Below, piece by piece: positions 23,532 through 35,493 of a DNA stretch of 64,000 nucleotides. Each line of letters begins with the position of its first letter. Position 1 is the stretch's first letter. The notes below the pieces were generated by a model. That model was not told the origin of the DNA, made no database searches, and saw only the letters and a program-made list of their open reading frames with translations. Source of the stretch: Octopus sinensis (taxonomy: Eukaryota); the NCBI RefSeq assembly GCF_006345805.1, contig NC_042997.1:193068001-193132000 (forward strand), written 5' to 3'. The translations under genes and the position numbers were made by a program.

Positions 23532-23567
23532 CATTTTATACATATATATATATAATATATATATATA

Positions 23568-23603
<36 letters not shown>

Positions 23604-23680
23604 GTATATATATACATTATATATAATATATATACATTATATATAATATACATTATATATACATAATGTATGTGTGTGTG
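22990..23680. repeat. Complex (TA)n/(CA)n microsatellite with higher-order TACATTTTATACA units
   Basis: Directly visible in the sequence. Confidence 0.9.
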
Positions 23681-23706
23681 TTGTTTTTGTGCTTTTTTTC
23701 TGTCAG

Positions 23707-23865
23707 CAAACAAACGAAGGTGGAACTAAGACATCAAAACCAGAAAAGTACCCGAGGACAATGACTAAAACTTCACTTCAAAGTAGCATTGGAAGCCAAG
23801 CAGAGAAAGAAGAGGTTCAGGAGAAAATATTACAAGATTTTTCAATGGCAAAAAAGCAACTCAAG
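23707..23865 (+). CDS. C2orf81: C2orf81-like coding exon 6 (QTNEGGTKTSKPEKYPRTMTK...AKKQLK)
   Basis: TTTTTCTGTCAG acceptor, GTATAG donor, 159 nt open, phase 0 to 0. Confidence 0.75.
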
Positions 23866-24002
23866 GTATAGTTAAGTGTGTTACTGTTGTACAACGTGGT
23901 GATTTATATTATTAAATTGTATATGCTCTGAGAAACAAAATAATTATTCAGTAACATGAGTTTGTTTCATTTTTAAAATTTCATTATAAGCTATGATAGT
24001 TA

Positions 24003-24405
24003 CTATACTCTTTTACTCTTTTCAGTCATTTGACTGCAGCCATGCTGGAGCACTGCCTTTAGTCGAGCAAATCGACCCCGGGGCTTATTCTTTGTAAGCC
24101 CGGTACTTATTCTATCGGTCTCTTTTGCCAAACCGCTAAGTGATGGGGACGTAAACACACCAGCATCGGTTGTCAAGCAATGCTAGGGGGACAAACACAA
24201 ACACACAAACACACACACACATATATATATATACATATATATGACAGTCTTCTTTCAGTTTCCGTCTACCAAATCCACTCACAAGGCATTGGTCGGCCTG
24301 GGGCTATAGCAGAAGACACTTGCCCAAGATACCACGCAGTGGGACTGAACCCGGAACCATGTGGTTGGTTAGCAAGCTACTTACCACACAGCCACTCCTG
24401 CGCCT
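24003..24405 (-). mobile_element. SINE family B, near full length
   Basis: Homologous to 62613-63005. Confidence 0.85.
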
Positions 24406-24429
24406 ATATTAATTTATCATAACTAGTAT

Positions 24430-25110
24430 AAATAATAATAATGAAATTATTGTATACAGTGCTCAGGTGCACCACAACTTGTCAAAAAGTGTGTATAAAT
24501 TATATGCAGTAATAACCCATGCTAGCATGGAAAACGGACGCTAAATGATGATGATGATGATGATGTACAAATGTCTGGAAAGTGAACAGTGTATGAGTCA
24601 GATACATGCTTGCGTGTGTATGGAGGGGAGAAAATCAGGTGTAGTGTTGGTGAATCTCAGGAAGCATGGAAGTTTTGAAGGATGCAGTGCTCCGACAACT
24701 AACAACTGATGCTGGCAGTTTGTTCCATGCTACAGTAACTCTTAGTGTGAAAAAATGTTTCTGAAAGTCATGGGAGCTGTGCTGTTTTCTGACTTTGTAA
24801 ACATGTCCACGGGTGTTAGACAGATGGAGTTTAAAAAGGTGCTCAGAGTTATTGTTTGTAAGATGGCTAATAATTTTGTGGGTGTCTGCCAAGTCAGCTG
24901 CCAGATGTCGGAGTTTCAATGTGTCCATGCCCAGGGAAGTAAGGTGTTCAGAATAAGGCAGATACCTGATGGAGGGTTTTCTCTTGGTTGCACGTCACTG
25001 AATGGCTTCCAGATGATTAATATCCTGGGTAAGATAGGGGTTCCAGACCGGTGATGCAAATTCCAGGTGAGGTCGTAGTATTAACCAGTGCATGTTTTTT
25101 TCAATAGTCC
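24430..25110 (-). mobile_element. CR1-clade LINE 3' end
   Basis: ORF 24635-24928 contains NTRGHVYKVRKQ...KHFFTLRVTVAWNKLP, a CR1 C-terminal signature. Confidence 0.85.
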
Positions 25111-25321
25111 CCAGCATGTCATGAGTTACTTTGCTGAATTAGGAGAGTAACAGCTTGCTGACTTGATAGGGAATCAATCTACAAGCCAAATGTTTTCATA
25201 ATTCATATTATGTTGTCAGTGCTATGCTATTTCCATATCCAAAGCAATTCATTCTTGCTGGTCTATCCTTCCCTGTAGTAAATAACTTACCATATTTTCC
25301 AGCATACAAGTTGATGTAGTA

Positions 25322-25435
25322 TACGAGGGTGTGCTGAAAAGTTCATGGCTTTGGGTAAAAGAAAATACAAGAAGATCAGTTAATTATGATTTTATCCAAC
25401 ATATTCCCCTCTCAGAGTCACACACTTATTGCAGC
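25322..25435 (+). mobile_element. Mariner-type terminal fragment
   Basis: TA followed by CGAGGGTGTGCTGAAAAGTTC, resembling a mariner TIR start. Confidence 0.5.
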
Positions 25436-26265
25436 TTACACTCTGTCGAACATGCAAACTGACATTGCACATCTAGCACATACTGGCTTCATTTCTTTCA
25501 AGCCTACACATGTCCTCAGCATTCATGGCCCATGTTTCACTGTTGTATAGGATAGTCATTCACACACAGGCATCATACAATCTACCTTTCACTCTGAGGG
25601 AGAGGCCCTTTGTTTCCAGCAGAGGTAGGAGTTCACTGAGCTTTGCTCAGCCTAATCTTATTCTCACAGATACGCTCTCAGTACATCCACCACTTCTACT
25701 AACTTGGTCATCTAGATAACGGAAGCTGTTTACTACCTCTAGCTTACCCACCTGGCAGTTGATAGATTCTATTTTCTGTACATTTTAGCTGTCTATAGTA
25801 CCTGTGCATCTTCCACACACAAAAGCTATTTTCCCTGTTAACCTTCCTCTGATACTACTGCACCGCTTATGTTTCCATAGCTTACACCAGGTACATCTAA
25901 AGGAGTTTCTACCTATGCCTTTTCTACAGATTGAGCAGGGCCATCTACCTGAAGGGATTTGTGATTTGTCTGCTTTCCTACTTACTAAGACTTTGGTTTT
26001 TGCTAGGTTAACTCAAAGGCCCTTCGATTCTAAACCTTGCTTCCATACCTGAAACTTCTCTAGTTCTGGGAGTGATTCAGCTACAAGAACAAGGTCATCA
26101 GCATAGAGGAGCTCCCAGGGACAGCCTGTCTTGAATTCCTATGTTATTGCCTAGCAGACTATGACGAACAAGTGGGGGCTGAGGGCTGATCCTTGGTGAA
26201 CCCATACTTGTATCCTGAATTCTCTGCTGCACTTGTTGCCAGTTCTATTTTTCCTATTTGTACCA
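25436..26265 (-). mobile_element. RTE LINE reverse-transcriptase fragment
   Basis: The minus strand encodes GCPWELLYADDLVLVAES (about 26090-26125), a Cys/His cluster, and LSLRVKGRLYDACV. Confidence 0.9.
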
Positions 26266-26487
26266 CCAAACCTATATATATATGTGAATCATTGGCAATT
26301 TTTTTCTTCTGTCTTCCTTCTCTCTTGGACCTTCCTCTGTCTCCTGTTTCTCACAAAGAGCTTTGCTTGAAATGTAAAACCACCTTTCTTTCCTTCCCTG
26401 AGCATCTGCTAATACTTTGCAAGTACCACATCCTCGCGTTGTTGTTTTTTCTTGTATTTGTTCTTCTTTTTTTCGGTGGGGATTTAT

Positions 26488-26535
<48 letters not shown>

Positions 26536-26544
26536 TATTCAAAT

Positions 26545-26736
26545 GCCATATTCAAATGGCAAATATGTGTCACTATATATATATAGTGACGCATATTTGC
26601 CATTTGAATATGGCTAACCCCTAAGGGTGGATGCTACTGTAGTTTGTAGCCCCAGGAAGATACCTCCTCCAGCTACAAACTACAGTAGCATCCACCCTTA
26701 GGGGTTAGCCATATTCAAATGGCAAATATGCATCAC
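26545..26736. repeat. Overlapping double palindrome beside (TA)n
   Basis: A 70-bp palindrome at 26545-26614 overlaps a hairpin with 65-bp arms (26586-26650 and 26672-26736). Confidence 0.95.
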
Positions 26737-26799
26737 GATGTGTTACCGCTACTGTTTATAACTCGCTCTGAGATTTATCATTATATATATATATATATA

Positions 26800-27090
26800 T
26801 TCAGTTGTGTCTGGGGAGAATGGTAAAATTACCACTTATTTTTATTTTCCTAAAATTTTCATTGCGTCTTGCAACCTTTTCAATAGTCTTGACTCTCAAG
26901 ACTATTGAAAAGGTTGCAAGACGCAACGAAAAATTTCAGGAAAATAAAAATAAGAAATAAGTGGAAATTTTACCGGTGAGTGTGTTACATTATAAGGCAC
27001 AAAAAGAAAATGACTCTTCCCCAGACACAACAGAATATGCTTCAACACACAAACTCACATAAAGAATCTTGCAAACCAAATCCAAAAACG
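26800..27090. mobile_element. Putative Penelope-like end with fold-back hairpin, between (TA)n tracts
   Basis: 31-bp perfect stem with a 3-nt loop at 26893-26895, plus a stem-loop-GAAA motif followed by AATAAA. Confidence 0.45.
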
Positions 27091-27154
27091 AAATATATAT
27101 ATATATATATATATAATCCACTAAAGTTTGGGCTTCTTCTTTAATAATTACTAG

Positions 27155-27255
27155 GAGTCACAAAAATCAGTTGACTGCAAAGATGTAATACTTGACAGTG
27201 ATGGAAACATAGTAGGGATGAGCAAATTAGATCCAGATCAACTACCATCCAATCG
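27155..27255 (+). CDS. C2orf81: C2orf81-like coding exon 7 (ESQKSVDCKDVILDSDGNIVGMSKLDPDQLPSNR)
   Basis: CTAG acceptor, GTATGT donor, phase 0 to 2. KLDPDQLP matches RLDPARLP of C2orf81. Confidence 0.85.
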
Positions 27256-27267
27256 GTATGTATCTTC

Positions 27268-27668
27268 TCTTTTATCTTTTAATAGTTTTAGTCATTAGAG
27301 TATGGCCATGCTGGGGCACCACCTTGTAGAAGTTTTAGTCAAATGTATCAATCCCAGTACTTATTTTTTTTATAAGCCTGGTACTTATTGTACCAGTCTC
27401 TTTTGCCAAACCACTAAGTTACGGTGATGTAAACACACCAGCAGCGGTTGTCAAGTTGTGGTGGGCAGACAAACACTAACACACACACACACACACACAC
27501 TCGACTGGCTTCTTTCAGTTTCCATCTACCAAATCCACTCACAAGGGTTTGGTCAGCTTGAGGCTATAGTAGAAGATACTTGTCCAAGGTAACATGCAGC
27601 GGGACTGAACCCTGAACCATGTGGTTGGGAAACAAGCTTTTTACCACACAGCCACACCTGTGCCTATG
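27268..27668 (-). mobile_element. SINE family B
   Basis: Homologous to other family B copies. Confidence 0.8.
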
Positions 27669-28038
27669 TGCAAAAAAAAAAAAAAAATGAAGTATTTTAA
27701 GAACTGAAAAGAGGATGTAAAGCATCTCACTTTTAAAAATATTGCTGAACCCTAATCTTTAATTAAAGGTACTTAAAAAAACTGATTACTTGTGCAAGTG
27801 TTTTCAGTTGAAGGCTTTGTTTACCACAGGATCGCCAGGAGAGAATGCATCCTATTTTAGGGCCTCTTTTCTGGTGGCTTTACAGTGCACTGTTTCAGGG
27901 CCCCTCTCTTGATGGTTATAGTGCACTTCCTCCTCCTCTTCTGCTTCAATGATGTGAGGCCCCCACCTACTAGATTGACTGACTTATTTGATTTAAAACC
28001 CATTTTGAGATCATCAGGACCATTCAAGTTCTGAAACC

Positions 28039-28266
28039 TATTTCTTTATTACCCACAAGGGGCTAAACACAGAGGGGACAAACAAGGACAGACATAGGTA
28101 TTAAGTCGATTACATCGACCCCAGTGCGTAACTGGTACTTAATTTATCGACCTCGAAAGGATGAAAGGCAAAGTCGACCTCAGCGGAATTTGAACTCACA
28201 ACGTAATGCAGACGAAATACCACTAAGCATTTCGCCCGGCGTGCTAACGTTTCTACCAGCTCGCCG
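28039..28266 (-). mobile_element. SINE family A, full length
   Basis: Complete head to tail on the minus strand. Confidence 0.85.
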
Positions 28267-28508
28267 TTCTGAAACCATACAGGGCTGTTTTGCCATGTAG
28301 GCAAACAAATACCTGTCTCACACCCATCCATCACGTCTCCAGCCAGGTTTCATCAATCCTTTCCTACCATATCCAAGGGCTGGCTCTCTCAACTGAATTT
28401 ATAGTTACAGTAACCAGAGCTGGATAATGACACAAGTCAATTAAACTATAACTTAGTCTCACAGTCTTAGAATTCTTTTATATCCATTATAGTTTTAGTA
28501 TAGTTTAA

Positions 28509-29070
28509 CCCTTTAGCATTCAGATTACTGTCAAATGTTGAGACCCCCTTCGGTCATGACTGGCCATGGGATTGCACTTAGAAAGTTACCCTCCGAGGCA
28601 CAAGTCCAGGCAAGGTTGTTTATGGAAGACCAGCAATCGCCCATGCATACTGGCCTCCCCTCTCACGCCATCAATGTTATCCAAGGGAAAGGCAAAAGCT
28701 GATACAGCTTGGCACCTGTGATGTCACCACTCATTTCTACAGCTGAGTGAACTGGAGCAACGTGAAATAAAGTGTCTTGCTCAAGAACACAACATGCAGC
28801 CTGGTCTGGGATTTGAACTCACAACCTCATGATCGTAAGCTCGACGCTCTAACCACTGAGCCATGTGCCTTCACTGTCAAATGTAATGCTTATTTGTTCA
28901 CATTATTTTGACTTTATAATAGATTATCTTGTAGCTTTGAGATTTCAGTGAGGTGATTGTTTATTTTTAGAATGACATTGTTAGGTAGGTTCGAAGACCT
29001 GATCTGGCCAGTTTGAACATAAAGCTGGCAGAATATTTGGGCCTGATATGGCCAGTTTGATACTAAAAGA
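28509..29070. mobile_element. piggyBac-like MITE interrupted by SINE E
   Basis: TTAA|CCCTTTAGCATTCAGATTAC start, homologous to 59230-59448. Confidence 0.6.
28539..28872 (-). mobile_element. SINE family E, full length with 12-bp TSD
   Basis: ACTGTCAAATGT is duplicated at 28527-28538 and 28873-28884. The head has A box TGGCTCAGTGG and B box GAGTTCAAATCC. Confidence 0.9.
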
Positions 29071-30185
29071 AGTGTAGCATACACTTGAGTGAAATTTCTC
29101 TCCCCTTTATTATATATACATATATTTGAGCGTAACAGCTAACCTTTGGCCACCATTCGGACCCCTTTGTGTCCACTACTATGGTTGGTATTGGTGCAAT
29201 TTGTCCTTACTCTGTCACATCAATATGCAGCATATAACCAATCAGAGCCCCTAAATAAGATCACATGAGACAGCCTTTTCTCAACCCTGTTGAGCCTACT
29301 GTTCCTTATAAAAACTCACCTTCACCTCATCTCGAAGTCTTTGGTTCCAAACCTTTTAAGGTCTAGACACTGACTACACAAGATAGCCAGTCTCAGTGAC
29401 AATGCCAGATGACAATAACATGCCCAGGTTTCAACAAAGCACTATTTGTGAATTACTTCACCATGGTTAACAGCAAATATACAACCTGTGAGAACTCCTG
29501 TACAAGTAACCCAGGCAGCAGCATTACAGCCACAACTTCATGCAATACATACTGCAACCAGCTCTGCATTATCGCCACAACTTCTTGATTCACTATTTCA
29601 ATCACCATGTACGATTGACTACAAACTCTTATTTCTCATTCTTGTGTCTATGAACATTCGTTTAACTTCTCATTATAGACTCTTTTACTTTCTCTTTCAT
29701 TGTTATTCTTATATGTAGCACATGCATACATCCATGTCTATGCACACAAACAATTTGTTCTCATGACAGCCTGTCTATTATTCTGTATACATAACACACA
29801 CAGATACAACATGTTAAGGTGCCAATAAAACCTCTCTCTTTTCCAACTGGCACATTATATGTATTATTCTAGCCTTCTGAACAGAGTCATTATTAGATGG
29901 TTTCACCACCTGAGACATTGACCATCTAAAGAGGTAATGTAAGTAAGACTTGTGAGTTGGATGGAATGCACTGTTAATTCAAAGATGTAATCCTTGTCAC
30001 ACATTGTGCAATGCCGATACTGCCTAAAAATGATGTTATGGGCACACATGTGTATGGAATACTCAACCACTTGTACACTCATTCAATGACCAGATAATTC
30101 AGTTGATTTGAATTATCTGAATGTTCATCTTCAAAACTAACTGCAAACCACCCAGCCAGTTAGCAAGTCATTCAACTATATCTTC

Positions 30186-30885
30186 TGGCAGCTGGTAGAA
30201 ACGTTAGCGTGCTGGGCGAAATGCTTAGCAGGATTTCGTTTGCCATTACATTCTGAGTTCAAATTCCGCTGAGGTCGACTTTGCCTTTCATCCTTTCGGG
30301 GTTGATAAATTAAGTACCAGTTACTCACTGGGGTCGATATAATCGACTTAATCCGTTTGTCTGTCTTTGTTTGTCCCCTCTGTGTTTAGCCCCTTGTGGG
30401 TAGTAAAGAAATATATATCTTCTATCCTCTATCTTTTGCTTGTTTCAATCATTGAACTGTGGCCATACTGGAGCACTGCCCTGAAGTGTGTAATAGTCAA
30501 ATTTATAGCCCCCGCCCAGTACTTATTTGATAAGTCTGGTACATGTTCTATCAGTCTCTTTTGCTGAACTCCTAATTTATGGGAATGTAATCAAACCGAC
30601 ACTGGTTGTCAAGCATGGGGTCACACAAACACATACATACACACACACACACACACATAACATACACACACACACATACACACACAAATACACACACACA
30701 TACACACACACACATGATGTGCTTCCACACAGTTTCTGTCTACCAAATTCATTCACAAGGCATTGGTCAGCCTGGGGCTATAGCACAAGACACTTGCCCA
30801 AGGTGCTGTTCTGTGGCAATGAACCCCAAATCACATGGTTACAAGGTAAGTTTCAGAACCACACAGACATAGCCTGTGCCTATAC
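30186..30885. mobile_element. SINE A (+, 30186-30412) followed by SINE B (-, 30430-30885)
   Basis: Homology to the families above. Confidence 0.8.
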
Positions 30886-30919
30886 AACAGTAATATTTTC
30901 AAATTCATGTTTTTTGCAG

Positions 30920-31044
30920 AGTCAGAGTGAAGTACCACATTCAAGAATGCTCAATTCCTAAAAAAGTTATAAAACCTACAAAATCATTTAAATATCCAGA
31001 AAATAAGATGTTTAGCAAATATATATTTCGAAGGCCTCAACAAG
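30920..31044 (+). CDS. C2orf81: C2orf81-like coding exon 8 (VRVKYHIQECSIPKKVIKPTKSFKYPENKMFSKYIFRRPQQ)
   Basis: TTTTTGCAG acceptor, GTGAGT donor, phase 2 to 1. The spliced product continues LPSNR-VRV, like LPCHWVRP. Confidence 0.8.
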
Positions 31045-31099
31045 GTGAGTAAACAACAAAAATACATGTAGTCTCGTTTATCACTGATTGATACTCTTT

Positions 31100-31430
31100 T
31101 TTCTCTTTACTCTTTTACTTGTTTCAGTCATTTGACTGTGTCCATGCTGAAGCACCGCCTTTAGTCAAGCAAATCGACCCCAGGACTTATTTTTTTGTAA
31201 GCCTAGTACTTATTCTATCGTTCTCTTGTGCCGAACTGCTAAGTTACGGGGATGTAAACACACCAGCATCGGTTGTCAAGCGATGTTGGGGGCACAAACA
31301 CAGACACACAAATATAAACACACACATAAATACATATATATACATATATATATATCATTATCATCATCATCATCGTTTAACGTCCGTTCTCCATGCTAGC
31401 ATGGGTTGGACGGTTCGACCGGGGATCTGA

Positions 31431-31465
<35 letters not shown>

Positions 31466-31630
31466 TACGACAGGCTTCTTTCAGTTTCCGTCTACCAAAT
31501 CCACTCACAAGGCTTTGGTTGGCCCAAGGCTATAGTAAAAGACATTTGCCCTAGGTGCTACGCAGTGGGACTGAACCCAGAACCATGTGGTTGATAAGCA
31601 AGCTACTTACCACACAGCCAATCCTGCACC
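31100..31630 (-). mobile_element. SINE family B with an RTE tail fragment in its internal microsatellite
   Basis: The family B body is interrupted at about 31360-31430 by CATCATCGTTTAACGTCC... Confidence 0.8.
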
Positions 31631-33058
31631 TACATCTGTGATTAAAGAGGAGATAACCACTCGAAACTGTTGCATCTCACAGTCTTGATAGGTGGTGCTG
31701 TAAACTGATTTAGATGTGCTTACACCATTTCTCTACAGCAAAAAAATTTCTCTATGACAAAGCACATTGAATGGCCTGTTTACAAGTTCAAATGTGTCAT
31801 AAGCATATTTGAACAGATTTGTAATCTTTTTGTAATGTTAGTGCTGCTGTGGTGGTTTTGTTTTTATTGTTGCTATTGTTGTTGTCTCTGTTTTATCATC
31901 AAATATTTGACAGCTGTGTATTTAAAAGTTTCACTTTGTGACCATGTGGTTGTAGTGACGCCATTTTGGAAGTCTTCAGCGTGCATGCACAGTGTTTGAT
32001 TTCTTCTGGTAGGCCGCCGGAAGTTCCCTCATGCACATGTGCAGAGAACTACCAACAGCAAGATTTCCCGCTGTATCGATCTCTTTTGAAGCTGCAGCCG
32101 AATTGAACGGACGCGTTCTCACGGCTCTCCCAAGTAAGCCAACACGTGACGAAGCTACACTACGCTGGAATGAGACAGCATTTGGCTCACACCATTTTAA
32201 CTACTGTGTCTAGCTCCCATGGCTACCGGTTCACCCTTAAGGGAATATATGTATATATATATTATTATCGAATCCAGGAAATGAATATTATTTATGCTGT
32301 TGAAGATATTCAAAGTCTTGATTTTCCTTCGACAAATAATTTAATGTAAGGGATGAGACCTGCACCCCTCAAGTGTTCCAGACCTTACATCCTGTTACAT
32401 GGTTTTGGGTTCGGTCCTACTGCACATTACCTTTGCCAAGTCAACTGTCTTCTACCACAATCCTGGGCAGACCAAAGCCTTGTAAGTGAATTTGTTAGAT
32501 GGAAACTGAAAAGGAGCCTAGTGTGTGTATGTGTCTTTGCTAATTGTACCCCATCATTCATTTGTTTGCAATCTTCCATGAAAACATGTCTGGACTAACA
32601 GAAAATATTTCCCTTGCTTGGAAACAGATGAGGGTTGGCAACAGAAAGAGCCTCCAGTTGTAGTAAGTTCAACCTCAACGAATTACATCTGACTTATGCA
32701 GGCATCGAAAAGAAAATGTTAAAACAATGATGATAATGGTGGTGGTATAGACTGAACCTGAAACCATGTGGTTGTTAAGCAAGCTTCTTATCCACACAGC
32801 CACAATTATTTTTTTAGATTATTATTATATGAGTAGCAATATTTTGGCAGAATTGCTACTACACTGGGCTAAATGCTAAGAGGCATTTTGTCCACCTTTA
32901 CGTTCTGAGGTCAAATTCCACCGAGATCAACTTTACCTTTCATTCTTTGGATGGGGGGGTCAACAAAATAAGTACTGATCAAGCACTGAGGGTCAATGTA
33001 ATTGACTTACTGATCCTGTGCCAAAATTTGAAATTAATATTTATTATTTCCTTTACAG

Positions 33059-33129
33059 GCAAGTTGCCAAAGAAAAATAGTCATTTTGGCACATCAGAAT
33101 ATGTATTATCATCAAACTTTTTATCACTG
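33059..33129 (+). CDS. C2orf81: C2orf81-like coding exon 9 (GKLPKKNSHFGTSEYVLSSNFLSL)
   Basis: TTTCCTTTACAG acceptor, GTAAGA donor, phase 1 to 0. Confidence 0.75.
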
Positions 33130-33599
33130 GTAAGAATATTATTATCATTTTTTGATCATTAGAAAGTGAATTTTTATGTATGCATATTTAGCCCCAGGTC
33201 AGCTCTGATTGAGCAGACTTGTGATGAAACATGAAAATGTATGTTTAAGATTAGATTGGCTTTTTAAGATTATAAGGTGTGATTTGAGAATAGGTTGGTA
33301 GTTATTTCTAGCAGATTGCATGACCTCATAAAAGCTCTCTCATGAGTTCAAATAGAAGCTTTCATCAGAGATTAAGAAGTACATGTTCAACTGACTAATC
33401 TAACCAGGCAACTAACCTAGTCTGTAAGAACACAAGATTCTGGGTCATATATTGTGCATATCTGTGGTTGATGTTATTGTGCAGCCCTTGTCAACTGTGG
33501 TTTAGCAAAGCTGTATGTGCATGAGTGGCTGAGCACTACAATGTAACAATACATTAGTGTGACCCCTAAAAGAAAAGTCTACAATATTTCTTTTCTTTT

Positions 33600-34215
33600 T
33601 CAAAAGGGGCGTAACCAGCCCGCTTATGCGTACCTTTTCCTTCTTTGGACATGTGAAATCAAAATCAAAATCAAATTCGATGACTGGCGTCCGTGCTAGC
33701 AGGGTGCAAAGAGCACCATACAAGTGTGATCATTGACAGAGCAGCTAACCGGCTTCCATGCTGGTGGCACTTAGGAGGCACCATTCGAGTGTGATCGTTG
33801 CCAGTGTTGCCTTACTGGCACTCAAGCTACGTACTAGTAGGGTATTAAGAGCACCATCCAAGCGTGATTGTTGCCAGAGTGGCAATCTGGCCTCCGTGCC
33901 GGTGGCACGTAAAATGCACCATTTGAGTGTGATCGTTACCAGCATCGCCTTACTGGCACCTGTGCCGGTGGCATGTGTAAAAAGATTTGAATGCGGTTTT
34001 TTGCCAGTACCACCTGACTGGCCCCATGCCAGTGGCATGTAAAAGTACCCACTACACTCTCAGAGTGGTTGGCGTTAGGAAGGACATCCAGCTGTAGAAA
34101 CTCTGCCAGATCAAGATTGAAGCCTGGTGCAGCCATCTGGTTCGCCAGTCCTCAGTCGAATCGTCCAACCCATGCTAGCATGGAAAGCGGACATTAAACA
34201 ATGATGATGATGATC
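33600..34215 (+). mobile_element. RTE LINE 3' UTR with diverged tandem units and (GAT)n tail
   Basis: Same UTR as 6260-6960. Confidence 0.8.
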
Positions 34216-35270
34216 AACATCAAGTGTGTCATCTATAATTATGTGTGTGCAGTATGTCTTTCTGTAGAGCAGAGACAGTTGTTAGAGGATTTGTTAGAAC
34301 TAAGGTTCATTCAATGCTCAGAAGTCTTGGACTCTGCAAAAGAGAGAAAAGATATTGCCACAAAACTGCTGCAAGCTGCTGAGAAAGCATGCTAAGAGAG
34401 ATGAGTGGTGCAGCAACAACAAGCATTGAGGATGGTGGGAACATCTGACTCAACAAAGCCCATGTTGTTGTGTAGGAATTTTATTGCCTACATCAGTGGG
34501 GGATGCCAGGCAGCTCCAGTGTTGCAGTAGAGGGGGCCAAAATACCTAGAGCTGCTTCATCATATGATGAGACATTAGCTACTACATAGACTGGCTTCTG
34601 TGCCGGTGGCACGTAAAAAGCACCAATCCGATCGTGGCCATTGCCAGCCTTGCCTGGCACGTAAAGAGCACCCACTACACTCACGTAGTGGTTGGCGTTA
34701 GGAAGGGCATCCAGCTGTAGAAACACTGCTAGATCAGATGGGAGCCTGGAGCAGCCTTCTGGCTTCCCAGATCCCCGGTCGAACTGGCCAACCCATGCTA
34801 GCATGGATAACAGACATTAAACGATGATGATGATGATTTGGGGATAGAGTACAGCAGCACCCTTAGCACAAGAATATTTACCATAAAGCTTGGCTCAGTC
34901 CTCTGGCTCATCAACTCCTGTTAAACTGTCCAACCAATGGCAATGTGGAAAATGTGTTAAATAGTGATGATGATCACAGTATCATTTATGGCTACATGCA
35001 GTGAGTGTATTTATTACTCTGTTTGTAGATGTGTGTCTTTGAGTATATAATTTGTAGCTTGTTTGTGGTTGTTCATCATGATGCATAACTTTTTCAGATT
35101 TTGCTCTGAACAGATTCGTATTAGACATGTGAATCTGTTTTTATATATTAGCAATAATCAAGAATAATAAGAGAGAAACTACCATCAACTAATTTTTCTT
35201 TAGCCCTTTTGATACAAACCTGGCTCTGGCTCTCTAGTACACCACCACCTCCTTCTTCTACTTTATCTAA

Positions 35271-35493
35271 CCCTTTCGATACCAACCTGGCTGAAACTGG
35301 CTCTGGCTCTGTAATACAAATGTCTTATTTTCATAAGTTTTGAATTAAAATCTTCCACCTAACCTTAGTCACAAATTATGTTCCTAACACCAGATTAATG
35401 ATAACTAAGTTATTTTACTAAATTCTTTGTTATAGTTAAAAGTAATTGAAAAGAAACGCAGAGCATCTCAACAGAAATATGGGAACAAAAGGG
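35271..35493. mobile_element. piggyBac-like MITE
   Basis: CTAA|CCCTTTCGATACC ... GGGAACAAAAGGG|TTAA. Confidence 0.55.

Noticed and set aside
22965-23713. ORFs rich in YI/IY/HT/CV repeats here and at 46896-47338, 9627-9993, 55651-55973 and elsewhere
   Set aside because: They are translations of (TA)n, (CA)n and (CAT)n microsatellites.
30527-30961. 144-aa and similar ORFs ending in YQIHSQG...EDTCPR
   Set aside because: These are recurrent antisense translations of SINE family B.
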